Shown here: positions 61,950-64,000 of the stretch, piece after piece | Layout: the number at the start of each line of letters is the position of its first letter | How positions within the stretch are numbered: the first letter of the stretch is position 1 | From: Hydrolagus affinis | Lineage: Eukaryota | DNA length: 64,000 nucleotides | Assembly: GCA_012026655.1 (NCBI GenBank) | Contig: JAAILG010000800.1 | Span: forward strand, 1-64,000 | Reading direction: 5' to 3' | The notes under the pieces: generated by a model | What the model saw: the letters and a program-made list of their open reading frames with translations, nothing else | Database searches by the model: none | Told to the model about the DNA's origin: nothing | Position numbers and translations under genes: made by a program

Positions 61950-62060
61950 TTTGTCTCAGTGGGTAAATCCCTCATGTGGTGTGGTACCGAACCACATATA
62001 ATAGGAACATTCCAGGTTCAATTCCTGGTCTGTGTTGAATTAACTGATCTCATCAGGAGC
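61950..62060 (+). mobile_element. Old tRNA-headed SINE 5' fragment (same family as 10230-10510)
   Basis: TCTCAGTGGGTAAAT...CAGGTTCAATTCCTGGTCTGTGTTGAATTAACTGATCTCA, with A- and B-box-like motifs. Confidence 0.5.
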
Positions 62061-64000
62061 TCTACAAATGACTTTTAAGGCAGGGCAGACCACAGCCAAT
62101 TCAGAGCAAAAGATTTAGAAACACTGTAGATGAGACAAACCTTCTTAATATGTGACTCTTCAACTCTTTTGCTTTCCTTGTAATGAAACAAATAATGTAC
62201 GCTCTTCTCCCTCTCACTTCCCTGAAGACATGAACCAGACTAAAAACTTGTGGAGGAATATGGACCCAAACCTACATCTCTCCACTGAAGTTATTGAAAT
62301 AATAATGCACAGCATGACTGTGTCTCCACTTATTCCACTAAACTTTCAAACATTGCATGTAGCACTCAAGTCCTCTAGCAAAATAGAGGTAATATTTAGA
62401 TGTAGAACATAAATGGATTGTCTAACACGTGGGCTAACAAAAAAAATAATATTGTTCAACTATGGGTTTATTGTGTGAATTAGTGGGATGCTTTCATGTA
62501 AAAATATTACTTTAATCCCCAATTCTAGTGCTTACAAAAACAATTTCAAAACAATGGAACAATAGAGTTGGGTTTCAAAATAGGAAGATGGTATTGTGGT
62601 TTTCATGATTGAGAAAGGGAGGGGGAAAAACAGGGAGAGAGAGGAATCAAGTAGATCCAGCATGACTATCCTTGTTTATTTAACACACAAAATATTGAAC
62701 AATAAAGCAACACTAGTGAAAATAGAAGCTTTGTGATGATTTAGAACATACTTGCAGTGGGGTTTGTTGTTTCTTTGTTTGCATATATAGTGGGATTCCT
62801 GAGTTCTGATGTGAAAGTAAATGGTCAGAGTGCCAAATAACTCTCCACCCTACAGCTATATTTGTTAAAACAAATAACCAAAGATCATTTTATAAAATAT
62901 AATGCACGTCTGGGATTGATTACATGGCACCAATCGAATGAAGGGATTCGGAGAATGCTGTAAACTTTAACAGCAAAGTTTGGCTTATAACAATTATCTT
63001 AAAGCTAAATGGTGGTAACTGTATCTAACTTTTAAAAGACATATTATTACTGTTTATATCACCAATTATATAGAAATAGTTTGATTGGATTTTTGAAATC
63101 AATTATGTGGCCCTGTGGAAGCCAGTAAAGAGAACTCTGCATTGTTGATACAAAAAGTCTATTTATTTTGAAAATGAATGATCTTACATCCATTATTATA
63201 GGTGGGAAATTACAATAATGTATATAGTGCACATACAAAATCAGCTAATTGTTATTTCCTATTTATCAACAAGATGTTGAATCCGTTATCACGGATGCGT
63301 TTAAATGCTTGCTGTTGAAAACTAATATAAAATGTCCCCAAATGTGTCACAGTATACACAAGGTAGCTGCCTACAAAGGATTTCAACATTGTCATCTCAT
63401 TTATTGATGGAGATAAAGGTTTAAGCAATTTACGCCACACTCCTGCGATGCATGAAGCAATTGCAACCATTTCCCATTTTGGTATTTTGGCTGCCACGTA
63501 TCCCATTATTCACTGAATACTGTAAAATATTGAAAACATGAACTTAATTAACTTTAATATGACTTAAAATGAGAGAATAGTACTTGTGTTTGAACCTCCC
63601 CCTCACTTAAATGTTATGATATTCTGAAATATTCCTAGGTAGGAAACAAATCAAGCATATATTGTGCGACTAACATGTGCATTTTTCATTAGCACAATTA
63701 TTCATGGGTTCTGGCTTAGTCTGTCAATAGACATGTTGCAGAATGTTTTTTGGTATGTATATTATAGTATTAGATTTGGCTGAATTGCAGTTTATTGCAG
63801 TTTCCAAAATCTGCTTGAAATATCACTCATCGCTGAACTGACTTTAAAACTCATCAACTGGCAACATAAATAAATCTTAGCCGTTTTTATTCAGCAACAC
63901 AAATTTATATTTCCTCTTTTACGTTGTTTGATTTATTACCATTTTCATTATACCTCTTTCATCATCTTTTTATTCAAGGTCAACTAAACCTTAGCCTGGC

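Overview
Vertebrate nuclear DNA, not prokaryotic. The repeats (tRNA-headed Deu-type SINEs with L2 tails, L2 and CR1 LINE relics, Penelope-type hammerhead elements) suggest a cartilaginous fish, possibly a chimaera; this is inference. Positions 228-~13370 (+) hold thrombospondin-1 (THBS1) coding exons 3-22 (human numbering) and the 3'UTR. All introns are GT-AG and phase-consistent, giving about 1146 aa; the signal-peptide exon lies upstream of the window. On the - strand, tail-to-tail with THBS1, are the last three coding exons of FSIP1 (53535-53666, 16058-16634, 15609-15661). A ~36.9 kb FSIP1 intron fills most of the window. Best leads: (1) four copies of a short retroposon whose consensus is a minimal hammerhead ribozyme, two with target-site duplications in an inverted pair; (2) a ~240-bp imperfect hairpin at 38.2-38.5 kb; (3) an old ~0.6-kb local duplication with identity islands over FOX/nuclear-receptor-like motifs; (4) miR-18, miR-19, let-7, ARE and Pumilio sites in the THBS1 3'UTR. 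I found no convincing new protein-coding system.
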